DNA of 64,000 nt from Anthoceros angustus (taxonomy: Eukaryota; Plantae; Anthocerotophyta). The stretch spans positions 248,001-312,000 of the forward strand of contig VJWM01000019.1 of NCBI GenBank assembly GCA_010909165.1, given 5' to 3'. Position numbers and translations under genes: made by a program. Below the pieces are notes generated by a model that was given only the letters and a program-made list of their open reading frames with translations, made no database searches and was not told the origin of the DNA. Positions 63,678-64,000 of this stretch are shown one piece after another (position 1 is the first letter of the stretch; the number at the start of each line of letters is the position of its first letter).

Positions 63678-63969
63678 GGGACTCTAAGAGCAAGCAATGA
63701 GGAGAAAGCGAAAGCCAAGGTTGCAGAACGCGACAAGATGACGTCCGGAGGCCACGGTGGCGCCTTGGCGGCAACAGTGGCACGCTTACAACCAGCCTCG
63801 AAAGCTGGTGGAGCTAAGCTGCGGTGGGGACTCTAAGAGCAAGCAATGAGGAGAAAGCGAAAGCCAAGGTTGCAAAGAACGCGACAAGATGACGTCCGGA
63901 GGCCACGGTGGCGCCTTGGCAGTGGGCACGCTTACAACCAGCCTCGAAAGCTGGTGGAGCTAAGCTGCA
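63678..63969. repeat. Tandem duplication, period ~150 bp
   Basis: gggactctaagagcaagcaatgaggagaaagcg at ~63678 and ~63827. Confidence 0.9.
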
Positions 63970-64000
63970 GGGGCGGTTCTGATGAAGCGGAGAAGATTAT

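Overview
Eukaryotic, non-seed-plant-like genomic DNA. The short introns and the TE types suggest a bryophyte such as a hornwort; this is inference. 1-41.2 kb is a nested transposon cluster. A Gypsy 3' end (extra ORF, PPT, LTR ending 41208) is interrupted by a minus-strand Copia element (LTR ~38081-38333, tRNA-iMet PBS, gag-PR-IN). That Copia holds a 2.7-kb TIR element (33247-35948; 32-bp perfect TIR, 4-bp TSD CTAT) and a CACTA element A (terminus at 31957, other end left of the window). Element A is itself split by a ~20.4-kb CACTA-superfamily element B (3356-23799) with unusual CCCTA termini, a perfect 29-bp TIR and an ATA TSD. B carries TnpD, a TnpA-like ORF, a second divergently oriented TnpA-like ORF and a CATG-rich foldback array. 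41.6-54.3 kb is a gene island: a cytochrome P450 pseudogene, an apparently intact multi-exon PIR/SRA1 (CYFIP) gene with one U12 AT-AC and one GC-AG intron, and a divergent BTB/POZ gene. 54.6-64 kb holds a 20-bp minisatellite, a LINE 3' fragment, a duplicated stand-alone RPA70C-like OB/Zn-ribbon ORF and a gag-like ORF. The many indel-rich tandem duplications occur only in the repeats and may be long-read consensus artefacts.
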